A stretch of DNA of 64,000 nt from the NCBI GenBank assembly GCA_034091885.1, contig JAXFXA010000052.1, positions 2,963 to 66,962 of the forward strand. Reading direction: 5' to 3'. Below are positions 50,997-61,014 of the stretch, piece by piece. The stretch's first letter is position 1. Each line of letters starts with the position of its first letter. This DNA is from Corynebacterium sp. Lineage in GTDB: Bacteria > Actinomycetota > Actinomycetes > Mycobacteriales > Mycobacteriaceae. The notes below the pieces were generated by a model. It was not told where the DNA came from and made no database searches. It saw only the letters and a list, made by a program, of their open reading frames with translations. The translations under genes were made by a program, and so were the position numbers.

Positions 50997-51820
50997 CGGC
51001 GCGGTTGACAGTTCGGGCACACCCAAATAATTCTTTCTAATTCTCCTTCATCTCCACCTGCATCCACGCCACCGAGTGCGGCGGAGGTGATAAGTGTTCC
51101 GCAGCGTCGGCATCGTTTGTGATTGCGTCCGAAGACATAGCTCGTCTCCCCTGCTCTTTTGACGCCGGTGGTGACGCGAATCGGCGAATAGCGGTTGGCC
51201 CACATAATCCGCCGCGAGATATCAACCACCTTGATGACATTATCCATCCCGATGCTTGCTACCGAATCCGCAGGATGCAGTCCTGCGAGAAAACATGCCT
51301 CCGCGCGATACTCATTGCCAATGCCAGCCACGTTCTTTTGATCCAATAACGCCGCACCGATAGATCTTTCTGGGCGTGCAGCGATGCGAGACAGTGCCTC
51401 TCCTCGCCCCCACTCATCCCAGTCATCGGCCAATATGTCAGGGCCCAGGTGAGCAATACGCTCGCTATAGCGGTCAGCAGGGTAAATGTCAACGAATCCC
51501 AACCAATGCCCCACCACTTCAATATCGCGAGGATGATTTGCAAGACGCAAAACAATGCGAGCACTATGCCCTGGGTTTCTCCACCTCTCCCCAGCGTGAT
51601 GAATAGCCCACAAGCCTTCCATTTTCAGGTGCGTATGCACAATGTCATCAGCAAATTGCATGAACAAGTGCTTGCCATAGGGCCAAACATTTTCACAGGT
51701 GGTTCCTTCGAAGTGAGCCGTGGCATGTCGCGGTACCCGCACCGAACTATGTGTAACTTCCTTGCCCACCATAAACTGCAGTCTGTGAGCTAGTTGCAGG
51801 ACTGAATCACCTTCGGGCAT
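50993..51820 (-). CDS. nei2: Fpg/Nei family DNA glycosylase (Nei2)
   Basis: MPEGD N-terminus, GKHLF, HLKMEG, AGIGNEY (H2TH), CRRC...CPNCQ zinc finger; downstream of lhr. Confidence 0.93.
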   Translation of the reverse strand: MPEGDSVLQLAHRLQFMVGKEVTHSSVRVPRHATAHFEGTTCENVWPYGKHLFMQFADDIVHTHLKMEGLWAIHHAGERWRNPGHSARIVLRLANHPRDIEVVGHWLGFVDIYPADRYSERIAHLGPDILADDWDEWGRGEALSRIAARPERSIGAALLDQKNVAGIGNEYRAEACFLAGLHPADSVASIGMDNVIKVVDISRRIMWANRYSPIRVTTGVKRAGETSYVFGRNHKRCRRCGTLITSAALGGVDAGGDEGELERIIWVCPNCQPRR

Positions 51821-51862
51821 AACGCTCTATTCTGCCAGATACGTCGTGGCAAACTCTAGCGG

Positions 51863-54800
51863 TCACTGGCGGCCACGCGGATTACGCTGGCGGCGGGGTT
51901 GAACTGGCCCACGGCGAATTGGAGCAGGAAATGCCGAGTCATCGAAAGAAAGTTCCATGTTCTCCTCTCCATCATCGCGTTCTGGAAGATCAGGAAGTTC
52001 TTGCAAAGCCTCGGCAACGCTGCGTCCGCGCAGCCCACGACCAGACGTTCTAGTGCCAAGTCCACTGCGTTGCGGAGGAGAAGTACTTGGTTTATTTATC
52101 CGTATTCCGTGTGGAGTCAGGCCCGCGCCGAGAGCCCGCAAACGTTGAGCAATATCGGAGTCAAAAATCGACTGCCCATTGGCTTTCTCAATTACCAAGG
52201 CAGTCACCATCCCGCGGTCAACTGCGTGGGATAGCGCTTGATACACCAGCGCAAGGGCAAAGTCCGGTTCAATTCCTGCAGGTAGTTCGCGGAAGAAGGT
52301 CGTTAACGTCTTACCGCCGCGCGTAATATGGGCTAACGCCAGACCATCGGCGATGATAACGAGTGATCCCGCGGCACGGTTGGCGCCAAAGCCACGACTA
52401 GTGGTGGTGGTGGTGTCGTTGTTGGGGGTGTGGTTGGCATCGGCAAGCGGCCACGGCACTGCCGCACCATACGGGTTGGCTGGATCGGCAGCGGCCAAGA
52501 GGAACACGTCGGGGGCGCTGGTGCCCGAGGGCCAACCGGTGACATCGGGCGAATCCGCCAGTCCACGCAAGCGATCAATGACCGCAGCGGTGGAAAACTG
52601 CGCCGCACCTAGCCCCTCAACGACGTATCCCCGCATAGCTTTGCCGGATTCTTCAAAGCCCGAAAGAACCTTGTATGCCAAAGCAAAACCGCCCATGACG
52701 TCCTCAGCAACGACGGCGCCGCGAGTGACCACGCCATAGCGGTCCAGCCAGGCTTCCCCATGCGCAACTGACCGCGCCGTGGCATCTGTTGCGGCGGAAA
52801 AAGTTAAAGCCCATCGTCCCGTCATATCCGGAGGCGTGGAATTGGCGCGCTGAGAGTGCGCAAATGATGTATGTCCCATGCGTAAGCGCGAACGTTGTGG
52901 GCGGCGGCGGGTCCGGTGAGCCGAAGTGGCCGAAGACGGCCCTGTCATGGACAAACGCGCGCGAATAGCAGCGAAGGAATCAGGGGCGATGAGTCCGGCC
53001 TCAACCAACCCCCACATTGCTTCCCTGACAGTGTGCCCGTCAACGCTTTCTTGCGTCCCAACATCGAGTCCGCGCTGGTCACCACCGGCGGTGGAGCCGA
53101 AGTCACCGGTATTAACATCGCGTAGAATATCGGAAAATAAGAACCCGCCACCACGGCTTAGCAGTGCCAGAATCGACTCTTGCAGCGAGGAGAGCGTTGC
53201 TTCAGAAACATCGCGCTTTGGGATCAAACCCGCAGCATATTCCGTGGGGAGCAACATCACCCACGGATCCTGTGCACCGGCTTTGCCGTCGCAGGCAATC
53301 ACAATCTCACCATTATTAGTAAGTTCATCGAGCATTGCTGGTTGATAATCCCCGACGCGCTGGGGCAAGACAACGCTTTCCCACGCGGAAGCTGGAAGAC
53401 ACACGCCGGCAAGCTGCTCTAAAACCGCATAAACACCATCGGCCCCGCGCAAACTTGGATGAGCCGATGCATAAGCAGGTACCGCAGTGGATTGCTCAGT
53501 TGTTCGTGTCGCCCGAGAAGCGGTGCTGTCTTTCACGGGAGCAATGATCGGTGCAACTTGCTGCCACGCTGGCAAGAACCGACCCAACGTACTCACAGAC
53601 ACCGGTTCCGTTGCTGCACGGGCGTGCGCGAGTGAACGTGAGCGAATAGTTCGCAGCACCTCATTTGCGCAATACTCGGTTTCTGCAATTCCCTGCCGGA
53701 AGTGCCCTTCCACAATTCCCTCTAGCGACGTCACTGCCATATGAGCAGAGGAGATGGAAAGTGAGAAGGCATCGGCAAGCTCTGCTATGACAAAAGGACC
53801 GCGGGTACGCGCCCAGCGCGACACCAACTGCGCGAGCGCATCTGCAATAGCTTCAGTCTGCGCAGCCACACCAGGCGGAACTGGCACACCCAGGCCATCG
53901 CGCAACAAGGCGGCGTCGCTAGATTGCGCCAAGTGTGGCCGGCCGCCAATGCGGACCTCCATCACCCTATGGCCTAACTCTGCCTGCACAGTAGACAACG
54001 CGACGTCGGTGTGATCGGCTAAATCAGCGATTGCCACTGGCCCAATAACTCGCAGCAGATCCGCTACTTCTTCTGCTGTGCGCGGGCGGCGCGTAGGATG
54101 CGTTCGCTGCAATTGCGCGTGCACTTCCGCGATGATTTCAGGCTCTAATAGCTCACGCAACTCAACTGTGCCCAATAACTTGGCCAATAGTGCCGGGTCC
54201 AAAGCCAACGCTGCCGCACGTTTTTCCGCAAGCGGACTATCACCTTCGTACATAAACGCGCCGGTGTAGTTAAAAAGCAGCGACGACGCGAAAGGTGAAG
54301 GTTGCTCCGTGGTTACTTCTGCAATCCGAATTCCACGGTGTGCCAGCTCCCCCATGACCTCTATCAGCGCAGGAACGTCATAAACGTCTTGCAGCACTTC
54401 ACGCACGGTTTCCAAAATGATGGGGAACGAAGGATACTTCCGCGCTACATCCAAAAGCTGTTCTGCGCGTTGCCGCTGTTGCCACAAAGGCGCACGCTTA
54501 CCGGGGTTACGCCGAGGCAGTAGCAATGCTCTAGCCGCACACTCTCTAAAACGGGAAGCAAATAGCGCCGAGCCGCCGACTTCCCGGGTCACTATTTCTT
54601 CAATCTCATCCGCAGCGAAGATAAATAGGGAGGCATCAGGTTCTTTTTCTCCTTCTGGCAGGCGCAGAACAATGCCGTCATCCCCGGCAACAACCTGCGC
54701 ATCCATACCTGTAAGCTCAGCTATCCGCGCGCTCACTGCCAGTGCCCATGGAGCATTAACTCCGCGGCCGAAGGGGGTATGCAATATAACACGCCAGTCA

Positions 54801-56923
54801 CCCAGTTCGTCTTTGAATCGTTCCAAGACCAGCGTTTTATCATCGGGAATTACTCCGGTAGCTTCATGCTGCTCTGCTAGAAACGCCCGCACATTATCTT
54901 CGGCCCACTGATCAGTGTGCGCAATGACTGCAGGATCCCTGTGCGCTTCTCGCCGGAACGCACCAATTGCTTGGCCTAATTCAAAGGGCCGCCCGGCACT
55001 ATCGCCCGTCCAAAACGGCAACCTGCCAGTATGTCCCGGCGCAGGGGTAACAATGACTTGGTCACGGGTAATTTCTTCAATGCGCCACGAAGACGCGCCC
55101 AGCGTAAAAACATCCCCCACGCGGGATTCATACACCATTTCCTCATCGAGCTCACCCACGCGACGTGGAGCTCCTTCACCGCCAGCGAGGAACACACCAA
55201 ACATGCCGCGGTCAGGAATAGTTCCTCCGGACGTCACCGCCACCCGCTGCGCGCCGGGCCGAGCAGTGAGTAGGCCACTAACGCGGTCATATACAACGCG
55301 TGGTTTGAGCTCGGCAAAATCCGTCGAAGGATACACACCAGATACCAGGTCAATGACAGCGTCAAAAACATCTCGTGCCAGATCACGGTAGGGCCAAGCG
55401 CGGCGGACGGTGTCAAACCAATCATCGACAAGCAAGCCTTGCTCAGCCGCGACCACGGCTGCGACGGTTTGCTGCGCCAAAACATCCAAGGGGTTACTTG
55501 GGCTATGAAGCTTTTCGATGCCCCCAGTGACCATCTTCCCCACCACCACCGTGATCTGCAGCAAATCCGCACGATGCTTCGGGTAAAACGAACCCTGGCT
55601 AACAGCGCCCACAACGTGCCCGGCGCGCCCAACTCTTTGCAATCCAGACGCCACAGTCGGCGGTGCCTCAACCTGAATGACCAGTTCGACCGCGCCCATA
55701 TCAATGCCGAGTTCCAACGAACTTGTGGCTACCACTGCACGCAGTGCGCCCTCTTTCAGCATCGACTCAGTCACGGCGCGCTCATCCTTTGATACTGAGC
55801 CGTGGTGAGCTCGCGCGATGACGGCCGGAGCCTTACCGGCGACATCGACATGCTTCATCAATTGTGCGGGGTCGCGCCGGGTTTCTGGCGATAATGACTC
55901 TGGGTCATGTTCTATTGCCCACAGTTCATTAATCCGCGAGGTCAAACGCTCAGCACTGCGGCGGGAATTAACAAATACCAACGTGGACCGGTGCGCCATG
56001 ATTTCTTCGTACACAGCTTGTTCAATAAACGGCCAAATAGATGCGCCCACGGGTAGAGCAGACTCTGCCGAAAGTTGCGGGGAGGCAAGACCCGTTGGGT
56101 CATCGACAGTGAATTCTCCAATGGTTGACCCCGCCTCTGGTGTGGGGAGATCCGACATATCCTCCACCGGGACGTGGATATCTAGTTGCCACTTTTTGTC
56201 CGCTGGTGGTGCGATGATATCCACCGGTCTACCGCCGCCAAGGAAATGTGCAACCGCGCTCAGTGGACGCACCGTTGCTGAAAGGCCGACGCGCTGAAAC
56301 TTACCCGCGATAGTTTCCAGTCGCTCTAAGGTCAGTGCCAAGTGCACTCCGCGCTTCGTTCCGGCAATGGCGTGGATTTCATCGATGATGACCGTTTCTA
56401 CCCCGGTGAGAATTCCCGCTGCCTTTGATGTCAACATGAGGTAGAGCGATTCCGGAGTCGTGATCAAAATATCCGGCGGCTTACGCACCTGCCGGTTGCG
56501 CTCACTTTGAGGGGTATCCCCTGACCGCACGCCAATGGAGATATCAGGGATGTCAAAGCCCAAGCGTTGTGCCACACGGCTGATTCCTGCGAGAGGGACA
56601 CGCAAGTTGCGTTCAATATCCACACCGAGTGCTTTCAGCGGGGAGATGTATAGTACTTTGACGCCTGCTCCCACGCCAGCGTTTGCTTCGCGGGCTCCGG
56701 GAATATCGAGCGCGGTTTGGCCTTGGGCTTCGACTAAGGAATTTAGCGCCCACATAAACGCTGCTAGAGTCTTACCAGAACCAGTCGGGGCCACTAATAG
56801 GGCGTGGTGTCCCGCCGAAATCGCCTCCCACGCTTGGCTTTGAACCTCTGTGGGGGCTGCGAAAACGTCTTCAAACCAGCCTCGTACGGCTGGGTTAAGT
56901 TTTTCTACGACGTTTTTTGCCAT
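51863..56923 (-). CDS. lhr: Lhr-family ATP-dependent helicase
   Basis: APTGSGKT, DEIH, SAT, HHGS, QRVGRAGH and the long actinobacterial C-terminal domain. Confidence 0.95.
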   Translation of the reverse strand: MAKNVVEKLNPAVRGWFEDVFAAPTEVQSQAWEAISAGHHALLVAPTGSGKTLAAFMWALNSLVEAQGQTALDIPGAREANAGVGAGVKVLYISPLKALGVDIERNLRVPLAGISRVAQRLGFDIPDISIGVRSGDTPQSERNRQVRKPPDILITTPESLYLMLTSKAAGILTGVETVIIDEIHAIAGTKRGVHLALTLERLETIAGKFQRVGLSATVRPLSAVAHFLGGGRPVDIIAPPADKKWQLDIHVPVEDMSDLPTPEAGSTIGEFTVDDPTGLASPQLSAESALPVGASIWPFIEQAVYEEIMAHRSTLVFVNSRRSAERLTSRINELWAIEHDPESLSPETRRDPAQLMKHVDVAGKAPAVIARAHHGSVSKDERAVTESMLKEGALRAVVATSSLELGIDMGAVELVIQVEAPPTVASGLQRVGRAGHVVGAVSQGSFYPKHRADLLQITVVVGKMVTGGIEKLHSPSNPLDVLAQQTVAAVVAAEQGLLVDDWFDTVRRAWPYRDLARDVFDAVIDLVSGVYPSTDFAELKPRVVYDRVSGLLTARPGAQRVAVTSGGTIPDRGMFGVFLAGGEGAPRRVGELDEEMVYESRVGDVFTLGASSWRIEEITRDQVIVTPAPGHTGRLPFWTGDSAGRPFELGQAIGAFRREAHRDPAVIAHTDQWAEDNVRAFLAEQHEATGVIPDDKTLVLERFKDELGDWRVILHTPFGRGVNAPWALAVSARIAELTGMDAQVVAGDDGIVLRLPEGEKEPDASLFIFAADEIEEIVTREVGGSALFASRFRECAARALLLPRRNPGKRAPLWQQRQRAEQLLDVARKYPSFPIILETVREVLQDVYDVPALIEVMGELAHRGIRIAEVTTEQPSPFASSLLFNYTGAFMYEGDSPLAEKRAAALALDPALLAKLLGTVELRELLEPEIIAEVHAQLQRTHPTRRPRTAEEVADLLRVIGPVAIADLADHTDVALSTVQAELGHRVMEVRIGGRPHLAQSSDAALLRDGLGVPVPPGVAAQTEAIADALAQLVSRWARTRGPFVIAELADAFSLSISSAHMAVTSLEGIVEGHFRQGIAETEYCANEVLRTIRSRSLAHARAATEPVSVSTLGRFLPAWQQVAPIIAPVKDSTASRATRTTEQSTAVPAYASAHPSLRGADGVYAVLEQLAGVCLPASAWESVVLPQRVGDYQPAMLDELTNNGEIVIACDGKAGAQDPWVMLLPTEYAAGLIPKRDVSEATLSSLQESILALLSRGGGFLFSDILRDVNTGDFGSTAGGDQRGLDVGTQESVDGHTVREAMWGLVEAGLIAPDSFAAIRARLSMTGPSSATSAHRTRRRPQRSRLRMGHTSFAHSQRANSTPPDMTGRWALTFSAATDATARSVAHGEAWLDRYGVVTRGAVVAEDVMGGFALAYKVLSGFEESGKAMRGYVVEGLGAAQFSTAAVIDRLRGLADSPDVTGWPSGTSAPDVFLLAAADPANPYGAAVPWPLADANHTPNNDTTTTTSRGFGANRAAGSLVIIADGLALAHITRGGKTLTTFFRELPAGIEPDFALALVYQALSHAVDRGMVTALVIEKANGQSIFDSDIAQRLRALGAGLTPHGIRINKPSTSPPQRSGLGTRTSGRGLRGRSVAEALQELPDLPERDDGEENMELSFDDSAFPAPIRRGPVQPRRQRNPRGRQ

Positions 56924-56958
56924 GCCTTACTTTAACGCGAAAGGTAGTGTTAATGACT

Positions 56959-57717
56959 ATGACTGTCCAACTATCTGATTCCCGACTCACCAACATGATT
57001 GCCGATGGATGCGGTGAGATCCTCAAAGGCGTACGTCAACGCGGTCTGCTCCGTGGACGCTCCCTCGGGGATGCCGGTGATGAATTGGCTCAGTCCTGGA
57101 TTGCCCGCGTTTTGCGGGAACACCGCCCCGATGACGGCATCTTGTCTGAAGAGGCCGTTGATAACTTTGACCGGCTAGACAAAGAGCGCGTGTGGATTGT
57201 GGACCCGCTAGATGGGACAAAGGAATTTGCCACTGGTCGTCAGGACTGGGCTGTCCATATTGCGCTAGTTATCAATGGACGTCCGGCCCATACGGCTGTG
57301 GGTCTTCCTGACCTCGGTGTGACATTTAAGTCTTCCGATGTACGCGCGGTGGGTGGTCCATTGTCCAGAAAGCTTGTTATTTCTAGGAACCGACCACCAC
57401 AAGTTGCAGAGTATATTGCTGAGCACATGAATTTTGACACCGTTGGAATTGGCTCTGCTGGGGCCAAGGCCATGCACGTGCTGCTGGGTGATTTTGACGG
57501 CTATATCCACGCTGGTGGGCAATATGAATGGGATCAAGCAGCTCCAGTAGGTGTGGCACTAGCCGCAGGTCTACACTGCTCGCGCCTAGATGGCACGGAA
57601 TTAACATTTAACAACAAGGATACGTATATCCCGGACCTCGTTGTATGCCGGCCTGAGTTAGCTGATGAAATTCTAGAACACGCGGCCCAATTCGCTGCCG
57701 CCCACGGGGAGTTCTAA
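56959..57717 (+). CDS. cysQ: 3'(2'),5'-bisphosphate nucleotidase CysQ
   Basis: [30 protein letters not shown]. Confidence 0.93.
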   Translation: MTVQLSDSRLTNMIADGCGEILKGVRQRGLLRGRSLGDAGDELAQSWIARVLREHRPDDGILSEEAVDNFDRLDKERVWIVDPLDGTKEFATGRQDWAVHIALVINGRPAHTAVGLPDLGVTFKSSDVRAVGGPLSRKLVISRNRPPQVAEYIAEHMNFDTVGIGSAGAKAMHVLLGDFDGYIHAGGQYEWDQAAPVGVALAAGLHCSRLDGTELTFNNKDTYIPDLVVCRPELADEILEHAAQFAAAHGEF

Positions 57718-57727
57718 ACTAAGGCGC

Positions 57728-58540
57728 ATGACTAACGCAGCCACTGTTGCGACTCCGTACGAGGATCTCCTGCGGGAGGTCCTAGAAAACGGCGCACGTA
57801 AATCTGACCGGACGGGAACCGGAACGCGCAGCTTGTTTGGCAAGCAACTTCGGTACGACTTGAGTAAGTCTTTCCCCCTTTTGACCACCAAGAAAGTGTA
57901 TTTTCACGGTGTAATTGGTGAGCTTTTGTGGTTTCTCCGCGGGGAGTCCAACATCAGCTGGTTGCAAGACAATAACATTCGTATCTGGAACGAATGGGCC
58001 GATGAAAATGGCGAATTAGGCCCTGTCTATGGAGTACAGTGGCGGTCTTGGCCTACCCCTGATGGCACGCACATTGACCAGATTGCTGGTGTCATGGAAC
58101 AACTGACCACCAACCCTGATTCTCGCCGTATCGTGGTGTCGGCATGGAATGTCGCTGAGTTAAGCAAAATGGCCCTGGAACCCTGCCATTTGTTGTTCCA
58201 GCTCTATGTGGCTGAGGGCAAATTGTCCATGCAGGTCTACCAACGCTCCGCCGATATGTTCTTGGGCGTGCCTTTCAACATCGCTTCTTACGCCGCTCTC
58301 ACGCATATGTTTGCCCAGCAGGCCGGCCTAGGCGTAGGTGAGCTGGTATGGACCGGTGGTGACTGCCATATCTATGACAACCACATCGGCCAAGTCAAAG
58401 AGCAATTGTCACGCACCGCACGCCCGTACCCGCAACTGAAGTTGATCAAGGCGGCGTCCATTTTTGACTACGACTTCACCGACTTCGAAGTCATCGGCTA
58501 CGACCCGCACCCAACTATTACCGCGCCCGTAGCTATCTAA
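57728..58540 (+). CDS. thyA: Thymidylate synthase
   Basis: DRTGTGT, LLTTKK, LGPVYG, PCH catalytic Cys, [14 protein letters not shown]. Confidence 0.97.
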   Translation: MTNAATVATPYEDLLREVLENGARKSDRTGTGTRSLFGKQLRYDLSKSFPLLTTKKVYFHGVIGELLWFLRGESNISWLQDNNIRIWNEWADENGELGPVYGVQWRSWPTPDGTHIDQIAGVMEQLTTNPDSRRIVVSAWNVAELSKMALEPCHLLFQLYVAEGKLSMQVYQRSADMFLGVPFNIASYAALTHMFAQQAGLGVGELVWTGGDCHIYDNHIGQVKEQLSRTARPYPQLKLIKAASIFDYDFTDFEVIGYDPHPTITAPVAI

Positions 58541-58571
58541 GCTGGGGCACTGCACCCAAGCCATGCCGTAG

Positions 58572-59117
<546 letters not shown>

Positions 59118-59118
59118 C

Positions 59119-59406
59119 ATGACCAACACCATTCCCACCCCTGCGACCACACACCACGTCACCGTTTTCTATGCCACGTGGTGCCCGTACTGCACCAACC
59201 TGCGTACCAAGTTGAGCAACACCGACATTGACTACGATGAAGTCGACGTCGAGCAAGCCGGCATGGATGACGTCAACGAATGGATCAAGTCCGTCAACAA
59301 CGGCAACCGCATTGTGCCCACTGTCTTGTACTCCGACGGCTCCCACGCCACCAACCCAACCCCAAAGGATGTTGTTGCCAAGTTCGCAGAACTAACCAAC
59401 GCCTAA
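59119..59406 (+). CDS. mrx1: Mycoredoxin
   Basis: WCPYC, VNNGNRIVPTV, TNP. Confidence 0.9.
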   Translation: MTNTIPTPATTHHVTVFYATWCPYCTNLRTKLSNTDIDYDEVDVEQAGMDDVNEWIKSVNNGNRIVPTVLYSDGSHATNPTPKDVVAKFAELTNA

Positions 59407-59478
59407 ACCCCAACCGGACAACTAAGGCCAGTTTTCACCTCTCCCCCGTTGTCCGGTAACCTATTTACTTGTTCCCCT

Positions 59479-59551
59479 GCCCCAGTAGCTCAGGGGATAG
59501 AGCACGGCTCTCCTAAAGCCGGTGTCGCAGGTTCGAATCCTGCCTGGGGCA
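59479..59551 (+). tRNA. tRNA-Arg (anticodon CCT)
   Basis: GCCCCAG acceptor paired with CTGGGGC-A; D-arm AGCTCAGGGGATAGAGC; anticodon arm CGGCT-CTCCTAA-AGCCG; T-loop GGTTCGAATCC; no encoded CCA. Confidence 0.97.
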
Positions 59552-59756
59552 CTTTGTGGTTAGCCGCGAAATACCTGACAGCTAGGGTCCTTTCTTAAGA
59601 ACAGTGTTCTTGGGTTGGACTTTTTCTGTATTGATTTGCGGATGGCCAAGAATGCGGAAATACACATCTGTGACGCCAATTCGAATGTAGCCTGCTGTAT
59701 CAAATTCACAAAGATGCAACTGATGTTTTTCGCCGCAAACTACAGGACGCTTAATT

Positions 59757-60891
59757 ATGACTGAGATGACACATAGCTAGCGCGTAGCTGCTGCCACCAA
59801 GTTTGTAGACTGGTGGACTACTCAGGGGCGTGAAGTCTCTAACACAGCTAAGTTCTGGATGGATTTACTGGGCATGGACGATGTGTCCATGCAGGTCATG
59901 TTTGAGGTTCCTACCCCGTCGGGTGGTCGTATTGATGCGATGGTTCCTGATACTGAAGTATTCATTGAGCAAAAATCGCGCGGGTGAGCTTAGACAAGCA
60001 AGAGATTCGCCAAGGCAACATGGTCACGCCTTTTAGCCAGGCAAAGAAGTACGCCGATGAAATGCCTAACTCAAAAAGACCAGAAACCATTATCGTCTGT
60101 CATTTCACAGAGTTTAGAATTTACGACCTTGATACTGAGCATCCTGAGCAGCATTATGAGTCGTTTACGCTGAAGGAATTACCAGCACAGCTACATCTGT
60201 TGCAATTCTTGACTGACCCACAGGCTGCACGTGCTAAACGGGAGAAGGAAGTCTCGCTGCAAGCTGGTGAGCTTATTGGCAAGCTCTACATGTTGCTGTA
60301 TGAACAGTACTTAGATCCAGATTCTACCCATGCACAACACTCACTAAACGTTTTGTGCGTTCGCTTGGTTTTTTGCTTGTACGCCGAAGATGCCGGAATT
60401 TTCCCGAAGTCCGCGTTGCACTTCGACTTGAATGAGGTGCGTGCACAGAATATGCGGCTCGCCCTCGCGCGTCTGTTTAAGGCACTTGATACTCCGATTT
60501 CAGACCGTGATCCGTATGACAAAGAGTTTGTTAATTTGCCGTATGTCAACGGTGGTTTGTTTGCTGATAGAAACCTTGAGATCCCACCATTCACGGAAGA
60601 TATGCGGACACTCCTAGTGAATAAAATCTCGGCGGGCACGGATTGGTCACAGATCAGTCCTACTATCTTCGGTGGTGTGTTTGAGTCCACCCTCAATCCT
60701 GAGACCCGACATGACGGTGGTATGCACTACACCAGCCCAGAGAACATTCACCGGGTGATTGATCCACTGTTCTTGGACGAGCTGAAAGAAGAGTTAGAAC
60801 AAATCCTCACGGAACCAGGCTCTACCGACCGCAAACGCAGCAGTGCATTAAAGAATTATCATGAAAAAATAGCTAGCTTGGTGTTTTTCGA
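59757..60891 (+). pseudogene. MmeI-like (Type IIL) restriction-modification enzyme, N-terminal remnant
   Basis: KFVDWW...KFWMDLL, RIDA...FIEQKS (PD-(D/E)xK), LCVRLVFCLYAED, YVNGGLF, ISPTIFGGVFES, GMHYTSPENI; TAG at 59778, -1 frameshift at about 59982, homology ends at IASLVFF. Confidence 0.9.
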
Positions 60892-61014
60892 AGCTTTCAG
60901 TCCGACTTGGATACAAAATGGCGGCACAGTCGCGCTCGCGGCGGTCAGTAGAGGTAAAATTAATTGTTTCCTTGAGATGAGTTTCTTTGAAAGGGTCTAA
61001 GCGTTCGAAGGCTT

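Noticed and set aside
52401-52415. (GTG)5 microsatellite in lhr
   Set aside because: In-frame poly-Thr in a variable loop; a triplet repeat would not phase-vary the gene
50993-56923. lhr-nei2 pairing as a novel repair or defence system
   Set aside because: Known conserved operon in mycobacteria and corynebacteria
60993-61008. LexA/SOS box before the UvrA-like gene
   Set aside because: Only the GTTCGA half is present; the left half (GGGTCT) does not match TCGAAC
60887-61014. TTCGAAG(G)CTT repeated at 60887 and 61004 as a target-site duplication or att core
   Set aside because: Short and imperfect, and both copies lie on the same side of the insert; cannot be distinguished from chance without the other end
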